Shown here in pieces: positions 38,643 through 47,823 of a DNA stretch of 63,432 nt (position 1 is the first letter of the stretch; every line of letters begins with the position of its first letter). Where the stretch lies: assembly GCA_021158225.1 (NCBI GenBank), contig JAGGUZ010000015.1:1-63432 (forward strand), given 5' to 3'. This DNA is from a bacterium. GTDB lineage: Bacteria; Patescibacteriota; Gracilibacteria; UBA1369; PNNO01. The position numbers and the translations under genes were made by a program. The notes beneath the pieces are model-generated. The model was not told where the DNA came from and did no database searches. It saw only the letters and a program-made list of their open reading frames with translations.

Positions 38643-39368
38643 TTAATTCTCATCAGGATTTGTATCTGCCTCTTTGGCTGGGTTTTCTTCTGGAACTGTT
38701 TTCTCTTCGGCTGGGTTTTCTTCTGGAACTGTTTTCTCTTTGGCTGTGCTCTCTTCTGGAACTGTTTTCTCTTTCACTGTGCTCTCTTCTTCTTTCTTTG
38801 GTTTTTCAGTAGGGGTAACTTCCATCTCTTGAACAGGTCCTTCTTCCTCAAGTTTATCTTTGTATGCTTCAACAACACCTACAAAATTTCGTAGTAATGA
38901 ATAAAGAGTTCCATGGAATCCGCTGATCGGAGAGTTGAGTGATCCAACCAACTTTGCAAGAAGTTCTTCTTTTCCTGGGATTTTTGCCAGTTCCAATGTT
39001 TCTTCCTGAGAAAGGGATCTACCCTCCATAAGTGCTCCAAGCAATTTAATTGCATCGTGTTTTTTTGAAAATTCATATAGAGTTTTTGCCGCCATAACTT
39101 CATCACCCATGCCGAATGCGGCTCCAACTTGTCCCTCTAATACATTGTTAGGAAGATCTTTAAAACCTGCTTTTTCGGCGGCAATTTTAATAAGTGTTTT
39201 CTTTGCAACTTTAAAATTTACTTCGTTTTTACGAAGTTCGCTTCTAAGTGTCCCGAAATCTTTTACATTTATACCTTGATAATCGGAGAAAACGATTGAT
39301 TTTGCATTAGTGAAGAGATCTTGTAATTCAGCAACAACTTCTTCTTTTTTTTGCTTAGTTATAGCCAT
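38643..39368 (-). CDS. rplJ: 50S ribosomal protein L10 with an acidic repetitive C-terminal extension
   Basis: [42 protein letters not shown]. The real start is at 39368; the ATG at 39413 lies inside the leader hairpin. Confidence 0.97.
   Translation of the reverse strand: MAITKQKKEEVVAELQDLFTNAKSIVFSDYQGINVKDFGTLRSELRKNEVNFKVAKKTLIKIAAEKAGFKDLPNNVLEGQVGAAFGMGDEVMAAKTLYEFSKKHDAIKLLGALMEGRSLSQEETLELAKIPGKEELLAKLVGSLNSPISGFHGTLYSLLRNFVGVVEAYKDKLEEEGPVQEMEVTPTEKPKKEEESTVKEKTVPEESTAKEKTVPEENPAEEKTVPEENPAKEADTNPDEN
38670..38790 (-). repeat. 33-bp tandem repeat (about 3.6 copies) in the rplJ tail
   Basis: Plus-strand unit CTCTTTGGCTGGGTTTTCTTCTGGAACTGTTTT starts at 38670, 38703 and 38736, with a partial copy at 38769. 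It encodes EKTVPEE(ST/NP)A(K/E). Confidence 0.9.
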
Positions 39369-39384
39369 ATTTAATGTAGTTAAT

Positions 39385-39490
39385 AAAAACGACCGTTTAT
39401 CAGAGACGGTCATCGTAAGAAAAATCTTGGATGTTTGTCTCGGCGGGTTTTACACACATATACAAGTGCTACCAGCTGTCTCTGACAAAG
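39385..39490 (-). ncRNA. Ribosomal protein L10 leader with a terminator-like hairpin
   Basis: Minus strand TTTGTCAGAGACAGCTGG...TAAAACCCGCCGAGACAAA resembles the L10_leader core. It is followed by GATGACCGT-loop-ACGGTCGTTTTT just before rplJ. Confidence 0.8.
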
Positions 39491-39563
39491 GCAAGTTTAC
39501 TTGAATGTACTATAAAGTCAAATAAAAATTGCTAAAGCTGAGTTTTTCTGATATCAACAAACT

Positions 39564-40496
39564 ATGGATATAGATCAAACAATATCGGAGTTTCTGGAAG
39601 AGTCATATAAAAGTAGGCAAAAGCCACTTTTGGTTATTCTTGGAGGAACGGCTTCCGGAAAAACAGCTCTTAGTATCCAAATCGCCAAAAAATTCAATGG
39701 GGAAGTTGTGTCTACCGATTCTCGTCAAGTGTATAAATATATGGATATAGCTACTGCAAAGGTTACTTATAACGAAATGCAGGGGATTCCTCATTATATG
39801 ATTGATATTGTTGAACCGGATAGTGGATTTACTTTGGCTGACTTTGTTAATAAGGCAAAAATTCATATAGAAGATATTTTGCGAAGAGGAAAACTTCCCA
39901 TTTTAGCCGGAGGGACAGGTCTTTATGCTCGTGCAATATGTGAAAATTATCAAATTACGCATATACCGCCAAATAATGAACTTCGTTTAAAACTTCAAAA
40001 TGAGTTGGATGAAAAGGGGGAAGATTATATGTACAAAAAATTGCAAGAATTAGATCCGCAGGCTGCGGGGAAAATCCATCCTCATAATCATCGGTATGTT
40101 ATTAGAGCTCTGGAAATAGTGTCTGCCGGCAAAAAGAAATCAAATTTAAAATCTAAAAGCGAATATAATTTGCTTAAATTCGGAATAGAGTGGAATAGAG
40201 ATAAACTTTACGAAAGAATTAATGCTCGTGCGGCCAATCAAATAGAAGATGGACTTATAAATGAAACAAAGATGCTTCTTCAAAGGGGATATGATTTATC
40301 TTTGCCATCGATGTCATCGCTTGGATATCCGGAAATGATTAAATATATGGAAGGTGAATTATCGCTTGACCAAGCACTTGAGTTACTTCAGAAAAATACT
40401 AGGAATTATGCAAAAAGACAGTTAACATGGTTCAGAAGAGAACCTGATGTTATGTGGATTTCCGGAGAAGAACTTTTTAACAAAAACGAGCGTTAA
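39564..40496 (+). CDS. miaA: tRNA dimethylallyltransferase
   Basis: GGTASGKT, DSRQVYKYMDIATAK, GGTGLY, RVIRALE-like YVIRALE, TRNYAKRQLTWFR. Confidence 0.98.
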   Translation: MDIDQTISEFLEESYKSRQKPLLVILGGTASGKTALSIQIAKKFNGEVVSTDSRQVYKYMDIATAKVTYNEMQGIPHYMIDIVEPDSGFTLADFVNKAKIHIEDILRRGKLPILAGGTGLYARAICENYQITHIPPNNELRLKLQNELDEKGEDYMYKKLQELDPQAAGKIHPHNHRYVIRALEIVSAGKKKSNLKSKSEYNLLKFGIEWNRDKLYERINARAANQIEDGLINETKMLLQRGYDLSLPSMSSLGYPEMIKYMEGELSLDQALELLQKNTRNYAKRQLTWFRREPDVMWISGEELFNKNER

Positions 40497-40513
40497 CGAT
40501 TAAAAACTAAGAT

Positions 40514-42172
40514 ATGTCTGTACGTGAGAAAAAATGGAAAATTTTAAATAAGGCTACCGGTAGTGTAGTAGATAAAATACTGGAAAATAGAGGTCTTGCA
40601 AATCCGGACGATCTTGCTCGTTTTGTAAAACCGGATTTTAAAAAAGGCTTTTATGATCCGTTTTTATTTGCTGGAATGGATAAAATAGTTAATAGAATTA
40701 AAACTGCTATTTCCGGGGGAGAGCGAATAATTGTTTACGGTGATTATGATGTTGATGGTATTAGCGGAGCTGCGATTATGGTGTTAACGCTTGAACACTT
40801 GGGAGGAAAAGTTTCTTACAGACTTCCGCATAGGCTTAATGATGGATATGGAATTAATGAAAAGTATATTGATGAGTTTGAAAAAGCTGATGTAAAACTT
40901 GTAGTTACCGTTGATTGTGGTATCTCAAATGCTAAAGAAATCTCGATAGCGAAACAAAAAGGTATTGATGTTATTGTTACGGATCATCATAAAATCCCCG
41001 AAAATTACCCGGATGATGCTTATGAGGTTTTGCATCCTATGCGTAAAGATCAAAATTATCCGTTTAAGAATTTAGCTGGAGCTGGAGTGGCTTTTAAGCT
41101 TTCTCAAGCTCTTTTGGGGGATGATCCCTTCGTATGGTCGCTTTTGGATCTTGCCAGTCTTGGGACAGTTGCCGATTGTGTTCCGATAAACGGAGAAAAC
41201 AGATTGATTGTAAAAAAAGGACTTGAGATTCTTCCTCGGACAAAGTGGGAAGGTCTTAAATTTTTACAAGAGCTTGCCGGTGTTAATTTTGATAAACCTT
41301 TAAATACTCATACAATAGGTTTTCAAATAGCTCCGCGTATAAATGCTGCAGGCAGGATTGATTCTCCATATTATGCTCTTCAGCTTCTTATTAATGGAAA
41401 ACAGACGGATAAAGCCAGAAAACTTGCAAATCAACTTGAAAATTTAAATAAAAAAAGGCAAACCATGCTTCGTAGTGCTCTTGTTGAAGCTGAAAATAGC
41501 TTTTTGCAACATATAAACAACCCGATTATTATAGAATATAATCAAAAATGGCATGTTGGGATTATAGGTCTTGTTGCGGGAAGACTTTCCGAGAAATATT
41601 CTCGTCCCGCTATTATTTTGCAAGAGTTTGATGATTATTTGGTAGCTTCCGCCAGAAGTCCGGAATTTTTTAATATTATAGAGGCATTAACAGAGCATTC
41701 TGATTTATTAGATCATTATGGCGGTCATGCTCAGGCCGCCGGATTTAATATCTCAAAAGAAAATCTCTCGAAGTTTATTAAAGAAATGAACAGTTACACG
41801 GAGAAGAAACTTAAAAATTGCGATGTAACACCGAAGCTTTCCATAGAATGCGAAATCAAGCCTCAAGAAATTAATTGGGATACTATTGAATTCATAAAAT
41901 CATTGGAACCTTTTGGAATAGGGAACGATCGTCCAAAATTTTTACTTCGTGGCGCCGAAGTGGAAAATGCAAGAACTGTAGGGAAGAGTGATGATCATCT
42001 TTCTCTTACCTTTGATTTAAATGGTCAGCAGATTAAGGGTATTGCTTTTAATTTTGGGGAATTTATAGATTATGCAAGAAAACATCGAAATCTTAACATT
42101 GTTTTCCAACTTGAAGAAAATGAATGGAAAGGTCGAAAAAGTATTCAAATGAAATTGATTGATTTCGAGTGA
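40514..42172 (+). CDS. recJ: Single-stranded-DNA-specific exonuclease RecJ
   Basis: YGDYDVDG, TVDCGI, TDHH, LGTVADCVP, APRINAAGR, GGHAQAAG, LEPFGIGN. Confidence 0.98.
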   Translation: MSVREKKWKILNKATGSVVDKILENRGLANPDDLARFVKPDFKKGFYDPFLFAGMDKIVNRIKTAISGGERIIVYGDYDVDGISGAAIMVLTLEHLGGKVSYRLPHRLNDGYGINEKYIDEFEKADVKLVVTVDCGISNAKEISIAKQKGIDVIVTDHHKIPENYPDDAYEVLHPMRKDQNYPFKNLAGAGVAFKLSQALLGDDPFVWSLLDLASLGTVADCVPINGENRLIVKKGLEILPRTKWEGLKFLQELAGVNFDKPLNTHTIGFQIAPRINAAGRIDSPYYALQLLINGKQTDKARKLANQLENLNKKRQTMLRSALVEAENSFLQHINNPIIIEYNQKWHVGIIGLVAGRLSEKYSRPAIILQEFDDYLVASARSPEFFNIIEALTEHSDLLDHYGGHAQAAGFNISKENLSKFIKEMNSYTEKKLKNCDVTPKLSIECEIKPQEINWDTIEFIKSLEPFGIGNDRPKFLLRGAEVENARTVGKSDDHLSLTFDLNGQQIKGIAFNFGEFIDYARKHRNLNIVFQLEENEWKGRKSIQMKLIDFE

Positions 42173-42176
42173 TTTT

Positions 42177-43706
42177 TTATGGAGCTAAAGCTGTGTGTTG
42201 CCAACCGCCTCCTGCGGCTCCCGTGCAAACATACAGATAGCTCTTGTCTAAGCTGTATATCATTCTTCCAGCTTCTTTGTCTTCATCACAGTCTTCTGGA
42301 GGAGGTAAACCTTTTATAGAATCGATTTGCATATATTGTGGAGTGTCGGTTGGTTCTTCTGTGAATGGTAAACCAACCTGCAGTGTCGATACGGGTGCAA
42401 CATTTACTCCTCCCCCAACTTTTACACGTTCATTGCTTGGTTCAATAAGTGTTGTTGTTCCACCAACATAGACGAAATCGTTCGCACTTTTAACTCCGCC
42501 TATTAGGTAGTTGATGTTGTGTGTAGTTGGGTTATAGAACGCAAAGCCAAGGTCATCTCCGATGTAATCGCTAACTAACCTAATTACTCCCATTTCCGAA
42601 ATAAATCTGGCTATGGTGCCATTGCTGTCTCCACTGTTACCAAAAACATTCATGAGTATGCCATCTGTCAATCCCTTCTTGTCTCCTATGTTAAGTAGTG
42701 GAGTTGAAGTTATGAAGGTGTCTTCTCCAATATCTACTGTGCCGGTATTTTTTATATTCATTCTTTCGGTTCCGGCTGTATCAAATCTGATAACATCTTC
42801 ATCGGGAGATTTTTCAACTTGTATTCCCGTATCTGTATCTCCATCCCAAAGTGATTTACTGACATGGGCATCAACATAAGATTTGATGCTTTGTTGAGTT
42901 GCTAAGGCGGTATCGCTATTTGAAGCAAAATTATCTTCGTCAAGGAAACTATTTATCCTTGAGCCGGACATGAATGCTAAACCGGATGGTGTTAAATCCA
43001 TAAAGTTACTTGGAGTTGTATATCCACCGCCAAGTTGAAAAAGGATTCTAGGGGTGGGATTCGGATTTGTGGCATCTGTAGATCCGGCTGAAGTAAGTAT
43101 TAAATCTTGATCCGTGGCCATAACTCCGTTTCCAGCCCAACTCGAGACATAATAGCTATCACTATATTTTCCAAAATACATGTTGTTTGTATAATCAGGT
43201 CCGCTTCCTTTAACTTCAACTACGGCTCCGGCATAATTATGGGTATCATTCGTGTTTACAGCTTGAAATCCAGTAAGTGTGTTATCTGAATTATTTTCAA
43301 TTCTGGCTCTGTATGTGTTTGAATCTACAGGTGATAATATATTTGTAATTTGTTGCCATGGGCTACTTTGGGTCATACTTCCCCATTCCGGGAGTCCACC
43401 TGCTCCGGTTATAAGAGCTTGTCCAACGGCACCGCCCGCCAAATCAACCCAGTTTGTGCCGTTAAAATAGAACAAATCTCCTGTTACAGCTGTAACTGCT
43501 GAAATATCATCCAGATAATTATGATGAGTCTGTGGAGGTATAACTGTACAATTGACATCTCCCGGAGCACAATCTGGAGACAAAGTTTCTCCCAAATTGT
43601 ATGGAGAAACCGGAGGAGTTGCGTAAACAACTCTAAATGACATTACTATAATAATTGCGATAACGCTTGAAAAACGAAGTAAAGGAAAATGCATAATTCT
43701 AATCAT
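42177..43706 (-). CDS. Exported fibre-like/adhesin-like protein (509 aa)
   Basis: Signal peptide; Gly/Ser/Thr/Asn-rich beta composition; segments DEDNFASNSDTALATQQSIKSYVD and DTGIQVEKSPDEDVIRFDTAGTERM; C-terminal C...GRMIY...LYVC...W. Confidence 0.75.
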   Translation of the reverse strand: MIRIMHFPLLRFSSVIAIIIVMSFRVVYATPPVSPYNLGETLSPDCAPGDVNCTVIPPQTHHNYLDDISAVTAVTGDLFYFNGTNWVDLAGGAVGQALITGAGGLPEWGSMTQSSPWQQITNILSPVDSNTYRARIENNSDNTLTGFQAVNTNDTHNYAGAVVEVKGSGPDYTNNMYFGKYSDSYYVSSWAGNGVMATDQDLILTSAGSTDATNPNPTPRILFQLGGGYTTPSNFMDLTPSGLAFMSGSRINSFLDEDNFASNSDTALATQQSIKSYVDAHVSKSLWDGDTDTGIQVEKSPDEDVIRFDTAGTERMNIKNTGTVDIGEDTFITSTPLLNIGDKKGLTDGILMNVFGNSGDSNGTIARFISEMGVIRLVSDYIGDDLGFAFYNPTTHNINYLIGGVKSANDFVYVGGTTTLIEPSNERVKVGGGVNVAPVSTLQVGLPFTEEPTDTPQYMQIDSIKGLPPPEDCDEDKEAGRMIYSLDKSYLYVCTGAAGGGWQHTALAP

Positions 43707-43863
43707 CTAGATATAGTATAACAATAAGTATAAAATTTATATCACATCACCAAGAATTGTAACATATGTCGGTATCAATATTAATATTCCAACATAATAT
43801 AAGGTTGTACACATTTTCTATTTATGTTATTTTTACATCTCGCATTTGTTATACTATCTATGA

Positions 43864-43892
43864 TTGACACAGAGAGAAAAAGATTTTATAAT
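43864..43892 (+). promoter_or_regulatory. Perfect consensus sigma70 promoter
   Basis: TTGACA (43864-43869), 17 nt, TATAAT (43887-43892). Confidence 0.85.
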
Positions 43893-43917
43893 ACCTAGAA
43901 CACATAAATACATATTA

Positions 43918-45372
43918 ATGGCTGAGAATCAGATCCAAACTCAAGTAATACAGTTAATCCGGAAAAGTCAAAGAATTCTGATACTTCCTTCGTCTCCGCC
44001 TGATGGGGATTCAATAGGCTCGGCTTTGGCTTTGTATTTGATACTCAGAAAACTGGGAAAGGAAGCTACGGTTGTTTGTACGGATGCAATTCCGGAAGTT
44101 TACAGGTTTCTTCCGATAACAAATGTTATTGATAACAATCTTGTTACTTCGAATGACTTTATCGTTACGCTTGATTGTTCTAAGTCTAAAATAGATACAA
44201 TAAAAACTGATTTGGAAGATAATAAAGTTAATATAATTATAACTCCAAAACAGGGCTCAATCGGAGAGAAGGAAGTGTCTTTTCATTACGGAGCTACAAA
44301 ATATGATCTTATTATAGTTGTTGATGCTGGTGATTTATCTCAGCTGGGAAAACTTTATGAGGAGAATGCGGGTTTGTTTACTCAAATTCCGGTTATTAAT
44401 ATAGATCATCATGTAAGTAATAACCATTTTGGGAAAGTGAATTTTATAGATATAATGGCTTCTTCAACGACAGAACTTTTAATATCTATTATTGAAGAAT
44501 ATGGAAGAATCGAAGGTAAAGATCTTATTAATGAAGATGTCGCTACTCTTCTTTTGGCTGGAATTATCACCGATACCGGAAGTTTTCAGAATGCAAATAC
44601 AAGTCCCAAAGCATTTGCTTCCGCATCTCATCTTTTGGGATATGGAGCTCGTCAACAAGAGATAATTCAACATATTTATAAGACAAAGAATCTTACTATG
44701 CTTAAACTTTGGGGTAGGGTATTAACCAAGATTCAATTTGATTCTTTATATAGAATTGTTTGGTCAACAATAAGCAAGGAAGATTTTCAGCAAACTAAAA
44801 GTAATGCCGATGAAACCGGCGATATTATTGATGAATTAATGACAAACGCTCCCGGAGCGGATGTTGTATTGCTTATTAAAGAAAAAGAGGATGGTATTGT
44901 TTCTTGCAGTGTTCGTACAACAAGCCAATCTGTTGATGCGAGTGCTATAGCGGAAATGTTTGATGGGGGTGGGCATGTTCAGGCCGCCGGATTTAAGGTT
45001 CAAAGTTCCGATTTAAAATCTACAGAATATAAAATTATTGAAAATATAAGGAAGTTTCAGGCTAGAAGACTTCATATTCATCCTGATGAAAAACCGGAAG
45101 TTTTACAAGGTAAGCAGGTCGTCAATATGGAACAAAAGGCTGAATCTGTTTGGGAGAAGGATGAGAAGGAGGTTAAGGAAAATTCATCTAATAGCTTGGA
45201 TTTAAAAGTTAAGCCGAATAAAGAGGTGAAGAATGTTAAGAAAAATTTGTCGAAAAAGAAATTCAATAAACAACCAGATAAAGTTAAACCGGATAAAGTT
45301 GTAGAAAATATATCAAAGAATGAAGATGAAGTGGATTTAGAACCGGGAGTTACTTATAAATTCGAGCAATAA
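43918..45372 (+). CDS. DHH/DHHA1 phosphoesterase (NrnA-like) with a charged C-terminal tail
   Basis: PDGDSIGS, INIDHH, GIITDTGSF, GGGHVQAAG. The start is placed downstream of the promoter. Confidence 0.9.
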   Translation: MAENQIQTQVIQLIRKSQRILILPSSPPDGDSIGSALALYLILRKLGKEATVVCTDAIPEVYRFLPITNVIDNNLVTSNDFIVTLDCSKSKIDTIKTDLEDNKVNIIITPKQGSIGEKEVSFHYGATKYDLIIVVDAGDLSQLGKLYEENAGLFTQIPVINIDHHVSNNHFGKVNFIDIMASSTTELLISIIEEYGRIEGKDLINEDVATLLLAGIITDTGSFQNANTSPKAFASASHLLGYGARQQEIIQHIYKTKNLTMLKLWGRVLTKIQFDSLYRIVWSTISKEDFQQTKSNADETGDIIDELMTNAPGADVVLLIKEKEDGIVSCSVRTTSQSVDASAIAEMFDGGGHVQAAGFKVQSSDLKSTEYKIIENIRKFQARRLHIHPDEKPEVLQGKQVVNMEQKAESVWEKDEKEVKENSSNSLDLKVKPNKEVKNVKKNLSKKKFNKQPDKVKPDKVVENISKNEDEVDLEPGVTYKFEQ

Positions 45373-45373
45373 A

Positions 45374-46129
45374 TTATTCTTCCAGTTTTTTTATTATCTC
45401 TTCGGGTATATCAAAGTTACTGTAAACATTTGTGACATCATCGTCTTCTTCTAGTGCGTCCATGAATTTTAAAACTTTTCTCGCTTTCGTTTCGTCATCA
45501 ATTTTAATTTCGTTTTCCGGAATAAATGTTATTTCAGCTGATTCAACAGCAATGTCGGCTTCTTCCAATTTCCGTTTTACTTCATGAAGATTTTTTGGAT
45601 CTGTATAAATTTCCACATTATTTTCGTCGATTTTAATATCTTCCGCTCCTGCATCTATTGCGCTAAGTTCAATTTCTTCATGCTTGTCCGGCTCTGCTAC
45701 AAGTGAAATTAGGCCTTTTTTATGAAAAAGATATGCTACACTTCCGGCTGTTCCCATATTTCCGCCATTTTTTGTTAAGATGCTTTTAACGCTGGCAACT
45801 GTACGGTTTTTGTTGTCTGTAAGGGTTTGAATATAAACGGCAATTCCGGCTGGACCATATCCTTCATACATATTTTCTGTAATCTCAGCTTGGTCTTTTA
45901 ATTCTCCGGTACCTCTTTTTATTGCTCTCTCTATATTTGTATTTGGTACATTTGCCGTTTTTGCGTTATCTATTGCGGTTCTAAGAGATGAGTTGGTTTC
46001 CGGATCTCCTCCGCCTTCGCGTGTTGCGATTGTAATAAGCTTTGAATGTATGGTGAAAATCTTTCCGCGTTTTGCGTCGGCTAAACCTTTTTTATGTTTA
46101 ATCGAATGCCATTTGCTGTGTCCGGACAT
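45374..46129 (-). CDS. yebC: YebC/PmpR family protein
   Basis: MSGHSKWHSIKHKK, YEGYGPAG, TDNKNRT, LEEDDDVTNVYSN. Confidence 0.97.
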   Translation of the reverse strand: MSGHSKWHSIKHKKGLADAKRGKIFTIHSKLITIATREGGGDPETNSSLRTAIDNAKTANVPNTNIERAIKRGTGELKDQAEITENMYEGYGPAGIAVYIQTLTDNKNRTVASVKSILTKNGGNMGTAGSVAYLFHKKGLISLVAEPDKHEEIELSAIDAGAEDIKIDENNVEIYTDPKNLHEVKRKLEEADIAVESAEITFIPENEIKIDDETKARKVLKFMDALEEDDDVTNVYSNFDIPEEIIKKLEE

Positions 46130-46295
46130 ATAAAAAATGAGTTATATATTTTCTGCAAATGTATTATAAAGGATTAAAAATTACCCTGCAAGATTGCAAG
46201 TTTGTTAAGTATGAATTTCTTATTTTTCTTGCTCGGGCAAAGCGAAACTTTTATGCTAGAAAAATATTCTTTGGCATAAATGTTGATTAATTATA

Positions 46296-46457
46296 TTAAT
46301 TTCTTGGCATTTCACTTGGGCCGTTAGAAAATGGTTGTACGGTAGGGCCGACATGAGTTTTTGAAAGTTCTTCGGCGATTGGATCTGCAGGCTTATTCTG
46401 TCCACATCCGGCAATAAGAAATAGAGTGATAAATAGTAATGCTATTATTTTTTTCAT
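46296..46457 (-). CDS. Small lipoprotein (53 aa), absent from the ORF track
   Basis: MKKIIALLFITLFLIAG|CGQNKPADPIAEELSKTHVGPTVQPFSNGPSEMPRN; lipobox IAGC; 13 nt downstream of the SLH gene. Confidence 0.75.
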   Translation of the reverse strand: MKKIIALLFITLFLIAGCGQNKPADPIAEELSKTHVGPTVQPFSNGPSEMPRN

Positions 46458-46470
46458 TTTTTACTGAGGA

Positions 46471-47823
46471 TTAAAAAGCTGAGGTTTTTCCATTTTGCAT
46501 ATCTAAAATAGTGTCCGTGGATCGTTCGTATTTTAATGTAACATCATATTGAGCACTATAAAAATAATCTATCGGTCCGGTGCCGACACCTATCGTATCA
46601 GTTTCGATATTCAATAGATTGCTAAACAAATCCATTGTTTCTTGCCCAATGTCTTCAACCAAAATTCTATCTCGAACGGTTGAAAGAATGTCAGGTGCTA
46701 CTGTTTGTTGGTATGGAACATATTCTATATTTTTTAGAACTCTGTTAATTTCTTCGTTTAAATAATCCGTAAGGTCTGACCAACCGTAAGATGTGTAAAT
46801 ATGTAGAACCATGTTTTCCGGAAGAAATACAAAATAATCGTTATGATTAAGGTTTGCGTTTAAATTAACTGCGGGATAGCCGGAAAGTTTTAATGTTTTT
46901 TCTTGAAAAGATCCAAAATCACTTTTATAAATCGATTCCAAGTTTTCCGTATAATCTGAGTTAGAAATGCCTTCTTCATTTTGGTCCAGATGGAAAGTCA
47001 TACTTGCCGAAAAAGGGAAGGCGACTTCATAAGAGCTTTGATTATTAATCTTGTCTTGTTTCCAGAAAACAATCTCATCTTTATTGTTAATTACTTGCCA
47101 ATCGAAAGGTCTTTTAGTTTTAAAAGCATAATTTGCATGGATTTCTTCCGGCCAATTTGTTGATATATCAAACGGAGTTTCATTATTATTTTTTACAATT
47201 TCCATTCTATACATAATTTCTATTAATTCACCGCGTGTAATTGAACGTCCGGCATTTAGTTTACCATCATTCTGAGGCTTAATGATGTGCTTTTCCTTGG
47301 AATAATATGCATAAGGAGCATACCATGCATCGTTTGGTACATCCGGGAAAATTAGCGTGTTTTCCTCTAAAGTTGGAAGATCAACATTATTTGTGGATAG
47401 AATCATTTTTAAAGTTTCCGCAATATTTTGAATTTGCTCCGGTTTAAAAGTTCCATCGTCATAACCTTTTACTATGTTGAGTTTTTTCGCCTTTTTAATA
47501 TAAGGATAGAACCAGTCTTTAGCTGTAACATCGGGAAAAACAGCTTCTCCACTTTCGTATCCAGATGTGTCGATTGAAGATGCCAGTAGAATTATTTTTA
47601 GAGCTTCTGCTCTGTTTGCTTCTTTATCCGGCCTAAAAGTCCCGTCGAGATATCCTTGTATTACGCCTTCTTGTCTAAAATGTTCAATTGCTACGAAATA
47701 AGGAGAATTACTCTCTACATCCGGAAAAGATTCTTGCTTAATAGCTTGCGCAAAAACAGTTTGGTTTCCAAGTACTAGCAAACAGGTAATTAATAATGTA
47801 TTAATATATGATTTTATATTCAC
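46471..47823 (-). CDS. S-layer homology (SLH) domain protein
   Basis: Signal peptide; three SLH repeats (FPDV...GYLDGTFRPD...NRAEALKIIL; GYDDGTFKP; ITRGELIEIM). The GTG start overlaps the lgt stop. Confidence 0.9.
   Translation of the reverse strand: MNIKSYINTLLITCLLVLGNQTVFAQAIKQESFPDVESNSPYFVAIEHFRQEGVIQGYLDGTFRPDKEANRAEALKIILLASSIDTSGYESGEAVFPDVTAKDWFYPYIKKAKKLNIVKGYDDGTFKPEQIQNIAETLKMILSTNNVDLPTLEENTLIFPDVPNDAWYAPYAYYSKEKHIIKPQNDGKLNAGRSITRGELIEIMYRMEIVKNNNETPFDISTNWPEEIHANYAFKTKRPFDWQVINNKDEIVFWKQDKINNQSSYEVAFPFSASMTFHLDQNEEGISNSDYTENLESIYKSDFGSFQEKTLKLSGYPAVNLNANLNHNDYFVFLPENMVLHIYTSYGWSDLTDYLNEEINRVLKNIEYVPYQQTVAPDILSTVRDRILVEDIGQETMDLFSNLLNIETDTIGVGTGPIDYFYSAQYDVTLKYERSTDTILDMQNGKTSAF

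Noticed and set aside
38670..38790. CRISPR array
   Set aside because: The repeats are contiguous and in-frame with no unique spacers, and there are no cas genes. No CRISPR array was seen anywhere in the window.
38270..38894. Plus-strand ORFs with repeated LLELFSL or FFWNCFLF units
   Set aside because: Antisense translations of rplL and the rplJ 33-bp repeat.
43864..43917. TTG start extending the DHH protein by 18 aa
   Set aside because: The TTG is part of the -35 box of a perfect promoter, so it would not be transcribed from that promoter.
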